Shown here: positions 33,046-41,753 of the stretch, piece after piece
How the letters are laid out: each line of letters opens with the position of its first letter
Numbering within the stretch: the first letter of the stretch is position 1
DNA from: Nitrososphaerota archaeon
GTDB taxonomy: Archaea; Thermoproteota; Nitrososphaeria; Nitrososphaerales; Nitrosopumilaceae
NCBI GenBank assembly: GCA_002317795.1
Contig: NVWC01000004.1
Location: forward strand, 54,454 to 98,998
Length of the DNA stretch: 44,545 nucleotides
Direction of reading: 5' to 3'
Made by a program: the position numbers and the translations under genes
Notes under the pieces: model-generated
What the model was told of the DNA's origin: nothing
The model's input: the letters and a program-made list of their open reading frames with translations, nothing else
Databases searched by the model: none

Positions 33046-34585
33046 TAATTTAAATATAAAAATCATAGAAAATAATGAGTTTTTTTTAAAATATTGGAAG
33101 TATTTACTTATTGGAATTTTTTCTTTAGGTTTAGCAATTAGACTAATTTTTTTACCTGTAAATGTACCTTTAACATTAGATGCAACATCATATCTTTGGT
33201 ATGCCTTAGATACTAAAACACTAGGTTATTTTCCAGTAGACCATGGATTTCCTAATGCAGGTTGGCCACAATGGTTATCTTTGATCTTTTTTGTGATTCC
33301 ATCTTCAGAAATTTTAGATTATATGTCAGTTCAAAGAATTAGTTCGGTCATAATATCATCATTAACTATTTTTCCCGTATTTTTTCTATGTAAAAAATAT
33401 TTTAGAAATTCAATTTCATTAGTAGGCGCTCTCTTTTTTTCAATAGAACCTCACTTGATACTAAATTCACATTTAGGTATTACAGAACCATTATTCATAT
33501 TATTTATTGTAACATCAATAGTTTGTGTACTATCAGAAAATAAGAAATTAGCATATTTGGGATTTGTATTAAGTGCATTAGCAACATTAGTACGATATGA
33601 AGGATTATTGTTTTTATCAGTATTATCAATAATGTTTTTTATCTCATATAAAACAGATTCAAAAAAAATTATAAAATATGGATTAGCATTAAGCATTTTT
33701 ATTTTAGTTCTACTTCCATTTACATATATACAAACACAAGAAGATGGATTAACCAATAATGTTGCAGCAGGAATTATTACACCATTAAAATTAACAGAAA
33801 ATGAAGAAAATCAAACAGTATCTTTATTGATTTTTGTGTTTGATGGTTTTCAAAATCTCGTCAAATATACAGGATGGGTAATGATTCCTTATTTTATTAT
33901 ATTAACACCAATTGGAATAATTATTTGTTTTAAAAATAAAAATCAAAACAAATCAATTTTCATAATTTCAATTATTGTATTATCAATTCCTGCACTTTAT
34001 GCATATTCTAGAGGAATTCAAGAAACACGATATTTGTTAATATTAATACCATTTTTTACTATTTTTTCACTTTTTTTTATTGAAAAAATTATTAGAAAAG
34101 AGAATGGAAAATTTATTGTGATTGGAATAATGATATTAGTAATAATTTCATCAGTATTGTATGTTGATTACAAAAAAATTGATGCTCTTCATGAAAAAGA
34201 ATCATATCTTATTTCAAAACAAGTTGGAAAATTAGCATTAAATGTAAATGAATTCTATCCTGAATCAAAATTTCTGAAAATAGCTTATGTTGAAGAGTAT
34301 GATTTCCCAATAATTGGTAATGACATTCCAATAATACACCCAATTGAAACGCAAGAATATGACTCTATTTTTGAATTCATTAAACAAAATCAAAAAAATA
34401 ATTTAACACATTTAGTAATAGATAACAATGTTGACAGAAAACAATTTTTGAAGGAAGTTTTCAACAATGAAATGAAATATCCATTCCTTACAAAAGTTTT
34501 CGATTCCAAAGATTTGGAGTTTGATTATTTAGTAAAAATCTTTGAGATTGACTATAATAAATTCTCAAAATATATTTCAGAATAA
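33035..34585 (+). CDS. GT-C-fold membrane glycosyltransferase-like protein (ArnT/PMT_2/AglS-like) with soluble C-terminal domain
   Basis: 516 aa. The N-terminal ~390 aa are multi-TM, with an acidic first loop 'LTLDATSYLWYALD'. The C-terminal ~120 aa are hydrophilic. It overlaps the flippase gene by 11 nt. Confidence 0.5.
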   Translation: MKNNNLNIKIIENNEFFLKYWKYLLIGIFSLGLAIRLIFLPVNVPLTLDATSYLWYALDTKTLGYFPVDHGFPNAGWPQWLSLIFFVIPSSEILDYMSVQRISSVIISSLTIFPVFFLCKKYFRNSISLVGALFFSIEPHLILNSHLGITEPLFILFIVTSIVCVLSENKKLAYLGFVLSALATLVRYEGLLFLSVLSIMFFISYKTDSKKIIKYGLALSIFILVLLPFTYIQTQEDGLTNNVAAGIITPLKLTENEENQTVSLLIFVFDGFQNLVKYTGWVMIPYFIILTPIGIIICFKNKNQNKSIFIISIIVLSIPALYAYSRGIQETRYLLILIPFFTIFSLFFIEKIIRKENGKFIVIGIMILVIISSVLYVDYKKIDALHEKESYLISKQVGKLALNVNEFYPESKFLKIAYVEEYDFPIIGNDIPIIHPIETQEYDSIFEFIKQNQKNNLTHLVIDNNVDRKQFLKEVFNNEMKYPFLTKVFDSKDLEFDYLVKIFEIDYNKFSKYISE

Positions 34586-34591
34586 CTTTAA

Positions 34592-35419
34592 TTAAATAAT
34601 TTCAAAATGAGTTCGTTTAAGAAAATCGTCAATATTTTTCACTGCTATTAGATTTTCCATATTTGGAATAAAATTTTTGGAAATCGGTAACATTTGTTCA
34701 TTAAAAATTTTAAAAATTTGAAAATTTAATTTAGAAAGAAAATCAAATATTTCTTTAAAATTATAACCATATTTTTCATATTGTTTAGAAACAGCCTCAA
34801 AATATACACAATCAGTATTTTTTAAAATTTTTTCTGAGCCTAAAAAAACAAATTTCTCATATCCTTCTACATCAATTTTCATTAAATGAATATGGATATC
34901 ATTAGGAATTAAATCATCAATAGTTTTTTGAGAAATTTCCAATTTACCATTTGTTAGTAATGTTGTGTTTTGATCATCAGATCTTAAATCAGAAAAATAT
35001 GTTGTCTTGATAGCATCACCTACAGAATTATTAAAAATTTGAATATTTTTAAAAGAATTCAACGAAATGTTTCCTTTTAAATATGTAAAAATTTTTGGGT
35101 GTGGTTCTATTGCAAAAATTTTTCCACAAGGTTTCACAATTGAAGCTGCTAAAAGAGTCAAACTCCCAATATTTGCACCCACGTCAATTACATTATCATT
35201 TTTTTTTAAAATGATTGAAAAAAAGAATCATCTATGATTCGATCATTTGGATTAAACCAGAAAATTAGAGATAATGATGACGGATAGAATTTTAATTTAA
35301 AAATTCATTTTAATGGTAAAAAAACTACATAATTTTGATTTAATCAGAAACGTTGCAATAAAATATTTGAAGGGTTGATTTTTTGTTTTCAATATTTTTA
35401 AAAATTTAATTATTTTCAT
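34592..35419 (-). pseudogene. FkbM-family methyltransferase disrupted by two frameshifts at A/T homopolymers
   Basis: The track ORF 34592-35182 starts within the FkbM motif ('DVGANIGS' once upstream codons are read). Upstream I can read a 40-aa N-terminus from ATG 35419 (MKIIKFLKILKTKNQPFKYFIATFLIKSKLCSFFTIKMNF*), with its stop at 35297-35299. A middle piece in another frame covers 35304-35209 (IFKLKFYPSSLSLIFWFNPNDRIIDDSFFQSF*). Joined together, the three pieces are collinear with the intact paralog at 28023-28793. Confidence 0.75.
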
Positions 35420-35519
35420 ATATTAAATTATAAAATAAACTAATTTAAGTTTAGTATAGATTAATACTCAAAAAATGTTTGAGAAAAAATTCATTTAGAA
35501 GGAAATATAAAAAATATTT

Positions 35520-36014
35520 ATGACATATTCAATTTGGTTGGAACCAATCAAAAAAGATACAATTTATCTAAAAAATATAATTAATTATTTAGCAAAAAAA
35601 TATGATTCTCCAATATTTGATCCACATGTAACAATTGATTCAGAAATCAAAGAATTACCAACAAATGAAAAAATGATAAAAACTTTCCAACAAATTTTAA
35701 AAGTAGATATTTTTAGTCATAATTTACAATTTTCGGATTATATTTGGAAAACATTATTTATTCAATTAAAAAAAAATTTAAGATTAGAACAAATTAGAAA
35801 AATGTTTAAAGATGAATTTAACTACAACTCAAGTTATAATTTTGAACCTCACATAAGTCTAGTATATAAAAAATTAAACAATAATATTAAAAAGCAAATT
35901 ATTCAAAATATAAAAATTAAATCAAAATTTACATTTGATAAAATTTCAATAATTTATTCTACAAAAGAAGTTAAAGAATGGAAAAAAATATTAACTATTA
36001 ACTTGAAAAACTAA
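35520..36014 (+). CDS. 2H-superfamily phosphoesterase (cyclic phosphodiesterase / LigT-like)
   Basis: 164 aa. It has two HxT/S motifs at the expected spacing: 'DPHVTI' (His codon 35625-35627) and 'EPHISL' (His codon 35850-35852). The N-terminus 'YSIWLEP' resembles CPDase-type members. Confidence 0.65.
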   Translation: MTYSIWLEPIKKDTIYLKNIINYLAKKYDSPIFDPHVTIDSEIKELPTNEKMIKTFQQILKVDIFSHNLQFSDYIWKTLFIQLKKNLRLEQIRKMFKDEFNYNSSYNFEPHISLVYKKLNNNIKKQIIQNIKIKSKFTFDKISIIYSTKEVKEWKKILTINLKN

Positions 36015-37123
36015 CTTTGCATGTCATCAAGGATTTTTTTCAATGATTCTTTAGATATAGAATGTTTTTTGTTATTTGTATCTAAAATTATATCAAATTC
36101 TCCCGAATCAAATTGATTTACTTTGTTTTTAATAATATTTTCATATGTTTTATAACCAATTCCTGAAAAACAACAAGGATCATTCTCATTAAAAATTTGT
36201 AATTGCTTTCTATTTTCTCCAATTGAACCCAAAACATACAGATCAAGATAACCTGATATTTGATAAAATTCAGGAATCATTTGTTCATAATCACCCATAT
36301 TTTTTACATTATTAAATCTCAAATACATAGGAACAGAACCTGCAACAGGATAACTTTTTGAGATTCTAGTATCTAATGCAGAAGATAATACAGTAGTCCA
36401 ACCACCACCAGAAATTCCCACCATGTGAATCAAATTATAATTATATTGTTTTTCAATATAGTTTAACGAAACAATTATGGGTTCCACAAAAAAGATTATT
36501 GGTGAAAATACTTCTGATTCAAGGAATTTAAAGTAATCATGATTTGTAAATTTTACAGGACCAAAATTTGAAAGTTCTATTAGTGGTTGGTTATTTGGTT
36601 CCAATAGTGGCATAGAAAATGCTAAAACAGAATAATTATTGTTTAAAAAGAATTCAATGGTGTTCTTTCCATTAGCAAAATCACCATCATGACCTTGGTG
36701 ATAAATGACAAGATGATTGTTACTTTCTTTAGGAATAAAATGATAAATATTAGAATTTATTCCATAATCCATTACAATTGAAATTTTTTCAATTTTTTCC
36801 AAATTAGATATATCAGAAAAACGATTATCAATAAAATTACTCTCAATTTTATTTGGTAATTTATCAAGACGGGATAAATCTTGCTTCCAAATATAATTAA
36901 TTAATTCATTACGTTTTTCTAATAAGATTTCTTTATTGTCAATTTGAATCAACGAAGAAATATCATATGTTTCAAATTGTGAGTAATCTAATTTATGAAA
37001 TTGATCATCATTAATGGTAAAAGAAATGTAAATATCTTTAATTATATTAAAAGGTGGTATTTCAAATCCACCGACTGCAATTCCTGTTCCAAATGAAATT
37101 AGAAAACCAAGTAGAAAAATCAA
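36011..37123 (-). CDS. Membrane-anchored alpha/beta-hydrolase (putative esterase)
   Basis: 370 aa. It has an N-terminal hydrophobic anchor 'MIFLLGFLISFGTGIAVGG' and a nucleophile elbow 'HMVGISGGGW' (GxSxG), preceded by 'VIYHQGHDG'. Confidence 0.5.
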   Translation of the reverse strand: MIFLLGFLISFGTGIAVGGFEIPPFNIIKDIYISFTINDDQFHKLDYSQFETYDISSLIQIDNKEILLEKRNELINYIWKQDLSRLDKLPNKIESNFIDNRFSDISNLEKIEKISIVMDYGINSNIYHFIPKESNNHLVIYHQGHDGDFANGKNTIEFFLNNNYSVLAFSMPLLEPNNQPLIELSNFGPVKFTNHDYFKFLESEVFSPIIFFVEPIIVSLNYIEKQYNYNLIHMVGISGGGWTTVLSSALDTRISKSYPVAGSVPMYLRFNNVKNMGDYEQMIPEFYQISGYLDLYVLGSIGENRKQLQIFNENDPCCFSGIGYKTYENIIKNKVNQFDSGEFDIILDTNNKKHSISKESLKKILDDMQS

Positions 37124-37249
37124 TGTGATAGTAGTATGTTTAATTTTAAATCAACTCTAGTTTGGAGATATTTTGATTCTTTAAATAATTAATGCTTTTA
37201 ATTCAATAAAATTAATGAATTTGGACAGTTCATCATAATATTGTAATGA

Positions 37250-38464
37250 ATGGTTCAGATAATTAATAAGCACATTTTACAGTCATTTTTTAAGATGAAA
37301 GTAGATTTGATGAATGAAACTATTCCATTATTTTTACCTGACATTACAAATGAAGATAAAAAAGCAATCCTTGAGACACTCAATAAAGCACTACTCACAG
37401 ATGGACCTAAACTTAGGGAATTTGAATCATCATTTGCCAAGTTTACAGGAGCAAAATATGCCATAGGGGTTTCAAATGCTACATCTGCGTTACATTTGTC
37501 ACTTTTAGCTAATAATGTAGGAAAAGGGGATGAGGTAATAATACCAGACATGACATTTGTAGCAACAGCTAATGCAGTCATCCATAGTGGTGCAACACCA
37601 GTATTTGTAGATGTGGAAATGAATTCAATGAATATTTCAGTTGATTCTATTAAAGAAAAAATTAATAAAAAAACAAAAGCAATTTTACCAGTTCATTTTG
37701 CAGGTAAAGTTTGTAATATTAAACAAATAGTAAAAATTGTAAAAGAGAATAATCTAAAATTAATTGAGGATTGTGCTCATGCTATTGGGGCACGTGTTGG
37801 AAAAAATCATGTTGGGACATTTGGAAATTCTGGATGTTTTAGCTTTTATCCAACAAAAAATATCACTACCATTGAAGGTGGCATGGTCATTACAGATTCA
37901 AAAGAAATTGCTGAAAAAATATCTTTATTAAGAAATCATGGATTAACAAAAACATTATCACAAAGATATTCTAAAGGAATGCCTTGGGATTATGATGTAA
38001 TACAATCTGGATATAATTATAGATTAGATGAAATTAGATCAACTTTAGGCATATCTCAATTAAAACGAATAAGGAAACTTAATCAAAATAGGAAAAAAAT
38101 CTATGAATACTATAATAAAAAATTTAAAAATGTAGAAGAAATTATCACTTTTCCATCATCAGAAAAAGAGGAACATGTGTATCATTTGTATATGATTAGA
38201 ATTAATAAAAAAAGTAAAGTATCAAGAGACAAATTATTTTCCAAATTATTAAAACTTGGAATAAAAACTACAGTGCATTATAAACCACTGCATAAATTTT
38301 CTGCATTTAAAAAATTTATCAAAAGTAATAATAAATTTAATAACTCAAATCAACTTTACAATGAAATTTTATCATTACCATTTTATCCAAATATGCCAAA
38401 AAATCATCAAGAATGTGTAATTACATCAATCTTAAAAATTTTGGAAAAAGGAAATAAAAAATAA
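37250..38464 (+). CDS. DegT/DnrJ/EryC1/StrS-family PLP-dependent sugar aminotransferase (second copy)
   Basis: 404 aa. Motifs 'AIGVSNATSALHLSL', 'IEDCAHAIGA' and 'SFYPTKNITT'. The probable true start is Met at 37310 (MNETIPLFLPDI) or 37295. Confidence 0.85.
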   Translation: MVQIINKHILQSFFKMKVDLMNETIPLFLPDITNEDKKAILETLNKALLTDGPKLREFESSFAKFTGAKYAIGVSNATSALHLSLLANNVGKGDEVIIPDMTFVATANAVIHSGATPVFVDVEMNSMNISVDSIKEKINKKTKAILPVHFAGKVCNIKQIVKIVKENNLKLIEDCAHAIGARVGKNHVGTFGNSGCFSFYPTKNITTIEGGMVITDSKEIAEKISLLRNHGLTKTLSQRYSKGMPWDYDVIQSGYNYRLDEIRSTLGISQLKRIRKLNQNRKKIYEYYNKKFKNVEEIITFPSSEKEEHVYHLYMIRINKKSKVSRDKLFSKLLKLGIKTTVHYKPLHKFSAFKKFIKSNNKFNNSNQLYNEILSLPFYPNMPKNHQECVITSILKILEKGNKK

Positions 38465-39052
38465 TCATTTTTTGAGTAATATTGCTTCTCTAATAGGAAT
38501 TCTTTGTCCTCTTACAGGTTTAGGATTATAAAAAAAATCAAAAATTATTTCGGATTTAAGTAAATTTGAAATTTTTTTTGAGTTAAGATAATGAAACGCT
38601 GTTTTGTCAGTTTTTCCTTTAATTTGTTCAATTAAGGGATTTGGATTTATTACTAAAATGTATGAATCTTTTTTCATAATTTTTTCTAGTGACTTTATTT
38701 GAGCATGAGGAATATGGTTTAAACTGTGAATAAATAAAAAAATTCCATATATTTTATGTGAATAACTTGATGTGAATTCACCTAAATCTTGTTTAATTAA
38801 TTTAAAACCAAATTTAGAGTATTTTTTTTCTGCAAATTCTTGGAATGTGATTCTAGGTTCAATTCCTATAATTTTTACATTTTTAAAAGATTTAACAATT
38901 TCAATATCTTCACCTAATCCAGTACCAATAACATAGAAAATTTTTTGTTTGGAAGTAAGACAATATTTTATCAAAAGTTTTCCAGTTTCTATATCTAAAT
39001 GATAATTATCTTTTTGATTAAATTTTTTCACTTTTTCGATATAGTGATCCAT
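38465..39052 (-). CDS. Hypothetical protein, weak class I methyltransferase-like signature
   Basis: 195 aa. 'FYVIGTGLGEDIEIV...IIGIEP' resembles SAM motif I plus post-I. There is no other support. Confidence 0.3.
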   Translation of the reverse strand: MDHYIEKVKKFNQKDNYHLDIETGKLLIKYCLTSKQKIFYVIGTGLGEDIEIVKSFKNVKIIGIEPRITFQEFAEKKYSKFGFKLIKQDLGEFTSSYSHKIYGIFLFIHSLNHIPHAQIKSLEKIMKKDSYILVINPNPLIEQIKGKTDKTAFHYLNSKKISNLLKSEIIFDFFYNPKPVRGQRIPIREAILLKK

Positions 39053-39085
39053 TTACTGTCATCAAATTTTTACTATTTTTAAAGA

Positions 39086-40072
39086 TTATACAAATTCTTT
39101 AATCAATTCCACTAAAGATTCTACTCCTTTATCATTTGTAAAATTTGTTAATGCATGTTCTCTACCTGCTTGTGCAATTTCTTCCCATTTTGGATTTTCA
39201 GTATCATTTAAATATTCTTCAAATTTTTCTTGATAATTATTTTTATTTATAAAAATTGCAGATTCACCATCTTTAAACCCAAGACTTTTTCCAAAATTAT
39301 TTTCGGTAACTTCCATGAATGTTAAACAAGATGCAGCTGGAATTTCAAAATATTTTATTGTGTATGTGTCAGTAGTTGCAGCAATTGATGCTGCATATTT
39401 ATTTAATTTTAATGGATATTTGTCTCCAATAAATTCATGTTCTAATGTAGAAGTATAATCAACATATGGAAGTTTATTACACATAGTTCGTAATTTGTAA
39501 TGCTTCATAGGATCAGAGTCACCACGCATTAATTTTTGGTAGATTCTATTTGTAAAATTTGTGCGTGCAACTGCACCTGAATTTAAGATTCTTTTTTTAA
39601 TTCGATCATTAAAAGGTGTAATTTTTTCGTAAAATGATGGTTCAATTCCAAAAAAAATAGTTTTAAATTTGAAATTTGAGGGAAAGTATTTTTTAAAGAA
39701 TTCGTTATCCCACGGTCCAAAATATGCATCAACTTTTAATTTTTCATGGTATTTTTTGACATCAAAATTTTTGGCAGCCCAAGGATCACCTACTTTCGAA
39801 ATAATTGGAATATTTGTTTTGTTAATTCCTTCTAATTCATTTAACACACATAATTGTCCTGTGTTAAATGTGTCATACAATAAAATTACATCAGTTTTTC
39901 CCTTAAGTTTTGTTACATCATATTTCTCATTAGTCAAAATATAATTTACATCAATTTCCGAATTTCGTTTTAGAGCATTAAAATAAAAATTATAAAAATA
40001 TGTGTAAAAGCTTTTTTGGGTTAATGCTTCACAATCTCTGTAAAGAAAGGTAACTTTTATTTTTTTATCCAT
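39086..40072 (-). CDS. Hypothetical protein, CgeB/Glyco_trans_1_2-like putative glycosyltransferase
   Basis: 328 aa. The C-terminal 'KYFEIPAASCLTFMEV...GFKDGESAIFI' resembles the donor-binding end of GT-B/CgeB-like proteins. The assignment is tentative. Confidence 0.3.
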   Translation of the reverse strand: MDKKIKVTFLYRDCEALTQKSFYTYFYNFYFNALKRNSEIDVNYILTNEKYDVTKLKGKTDVILLYDTFNTGQLCVLNELEGINKTNIPIISKVGDPWAAKNFDVKKYHEKLKVDAYFGPWDNEFFKKYFPSNFKFKTIFFGIEPSFYEKITPFNDRIKKRILNSGAVARTNFTNRIYQKLMRGDSDPMKHYKLRTMCNKLPYVDYTSTLEHEFIGDKYPLKLNKYAASIAATTDTYTIKYFEIPAASCLTFMEVTENNFGKSLGFKDGESAIFINKNNYQEKFEEYLNDTENPKWEEIAQAGREHALTNFTNDKGVESLVELIKEFV

Positions 40073-40111
40073 TAGATATTTTTACTTAAAATATATTTAA
40101 TTAAATCCTTT

Positions 40112-40585
40112 TTATTTTAGAGTTTTTTTAGTCATATAATCTTGAATATCAGATTTAGTTTTAGATATTTTTTCAATTTCCTCATCAGATAATTTTTCAT
40201 TAGTAGAAAGTTTTGTAAGAATATCCAATATCTGAATGTATAATGGTAAAGTAATTTCAGTTGTTTGAATTAATCTGTAAAAATGAGGGTTGGCTTCTAC
40301 ACCAATATCAGCTTCAGCTTTGTAAGAACCAGATTTTTTAAAATGAACATAGCCTACACTGGTAAGAGTAGGAATAATAATCAAAATGGCCACAATTACA
40401 TAAGATAAAAAAGTTGGAAAAACTTCTTTAAGAATAGGTACCTCTTCTATTGCAAGATAATATGTTAGAGTTAATGTATTTACAGCACCTAAAATGAAAG
40501 CAAAATATGTACTCCAACCAGTTCGAAAATAAAACCATGACCGAAAAATTATACGTTTTTTCATGTATTGTTTCTTGTTATTCAA
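40112..40585 (-). CDS. Small membrane protein of unknown function (about 3 TM helices plus acidic C-terminal tail)
   Basis: 157 aa. Hydrophobic segments are 'STYFAFILGAVNTLTLTYYLAI' and 'FLSYVIVAILIIIPTLTSVGYV'. No recognisable motif. Confidence 0.4.
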   Translation of the reverse strand: MNNKKQYMKKRIIFRSWFYFRTGWSTYFAFILGAVNTLTLTYYLAIEEVPILKEVFPTFLSYVIVAILIIIPTLTSVGYVHFKKSGSYKAEADIGVEANPHFYRLIQTTEITLPLYIQILDILTKLSTNEKLSDEEIEKISKTKSDIQDYMTKKTLK

Positions 40586-40655
40586 TATATCAATTATAAC
40601 GTCATAATGAATTACAAAAAAGTAATATTTTTCTAGCTAAGTATTAGAAACAAAT

Positions 40656-41657
40656 TTAGGTTTTCCATTGATAACTGTCCATAAAAGTTAAATCAAAATT
40701 AGACCACCACTTTTTGTTATTTAAATACCAAGAAACAGTTTCTTCCAAACCTTTTTCAAATTCAATATGTGGTTTCCATCCAAGGGAATCTTGTAATTTT
40801 GACGAATTCAGGCTATAACGATCATCATGTCCAGGTCTATTTTCTGCAAAAACATAACCATCAGAAGGTTTTTTCATAATTGATAAAATTTTTTGGACAA
40901 TAGTTAGTACATTCAATTCATTTTTTGCAGAAATGTTGTAATATTCACCACTAACACCATTATGAAGAATTTTAGATATAGCTTTACAATGTTCTTCAAC
41001 ATGTATCCAATCTCTTACTCCATTACCATTATTATAAATAGGAATTTTTTTATTCTGATCAGCTAAAATAATTATTTTTGGAATTAATTTTTCCGGATGT
41101 TGTCTTGGGCCGTAATTATTAGTACATCTCGTAATAATTGCATTTATGCCATAAGTAATAATATAAGAATTTACTAATAATTCAGCAGAAGCTTTTGAAG
41201 ATGAATATGGACTAGAAGGATTTAATTTAAAATCTTCAGTTGCACTTCCAGATTTTAAATCACCAAAAACTTCATCAGTAGAAATTTGAATTAATCTTTT
41301 TGATTTATAATTTTTTAATAATTCAAGAATTGTAAAAGTACCCATTATATTTGAATCAATAAATGGACGAGCGTTTGCGATACTTCTATCAACATGAGAT
41401 TCAGCAGCAAAATTAACAATTAGATCACATTTTGAGATTAATTTTTCCATTAAATTATAATCAGTGATATTTCCTTTAACAAATGTATAATTTTTGTTAT
41501 TTTGAATATCTTTAAGACTAAGATGATTGGAGCCAGATATTTCATCATCAATATTTATAATTTCATAAGTAGGATAATTTTTTAAAATATATAAAATGAA
41601 ATTGCTTCCAATAAATCCAAGACCACCAGTAACTAAAAGTTTCATAAAAAAAATCAA
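40656..41657 (-). CDS. rfbB: dTDP-glucose 4,6-dehydratase (copy 2)
   Basis: 333 aa. It is roughly 60% identical by eye to copy 1, with the same motifs (GGLGFIGSNF, STDEVFG, YSSSKASAE, RCTNNYGPRQHPEKLIP). The likely start is Met at 41645 (MKLLVTGG). Confidence 0.9.
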   Translation of the reverse strand: MIFFMKLLVTGGLGFIGSNFILYILKNYPTYEIINIDDEISGSNHLSLKDIQNNKNYTFVKGNITDYNLMEKLISKCDLIVNFAAESHVDRSIANARPFIDSNIMGTFTILELLKNYKSKRLIQISTDEVFGDLKSGSATEDFKLNPSSPYSSSKASAELLVNSYIITYGINAIITRCTNNYGPRQHPEKLIPKIIILADQNKKIPIYNNGNGVRDWIHVEEHCKAISKILHNGVSGEYYNISAKNELNVLTIVQKILSIMKKPSDGYVFAENRPGHDDRYSLNSSKLQDSLGWKPHIEFEKGLEETVSWYLNNKKWWSNFDLTFMDSYQWKT

Positions 41658-41753
41658 ATTTATTACATTATTAAATCATATTTAAAATTAAAAATATAAT
41701 TTCCTAGAAAAATATAACATTCATTTTTATACAAAAAACTTTAATGAAATCTA

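Noticed and set aside
34592-35182. The 196-aa track ORF as an intact gene
   Set aside because: Its first residues fall inside the FkbM SAM-binding motif. The missing N-terminal ~80 aa are readable upstream in shifted frames. I therefore annotated it as a frameshifted gene over 34592-35419.
35520-37123. 2H phosphoesterase plus hydrolase as a nucleotide-signalling or anti-phage defence module
   Set aside because: No cyclase, nuclease, NTPase, TIR/SIR2 or other sensor or effector gene is adjacent. The surrounding genes are all glycan enzymes.
27524-39944. Antisense track ORFs 27524-27709, 27989-28201, 28821-29072, 29033-29314, 33451-33756, 37255-37581 and 39669-39944
   Set aside because: Shadow ORFs opposite supported genes, with low-complexity translations.
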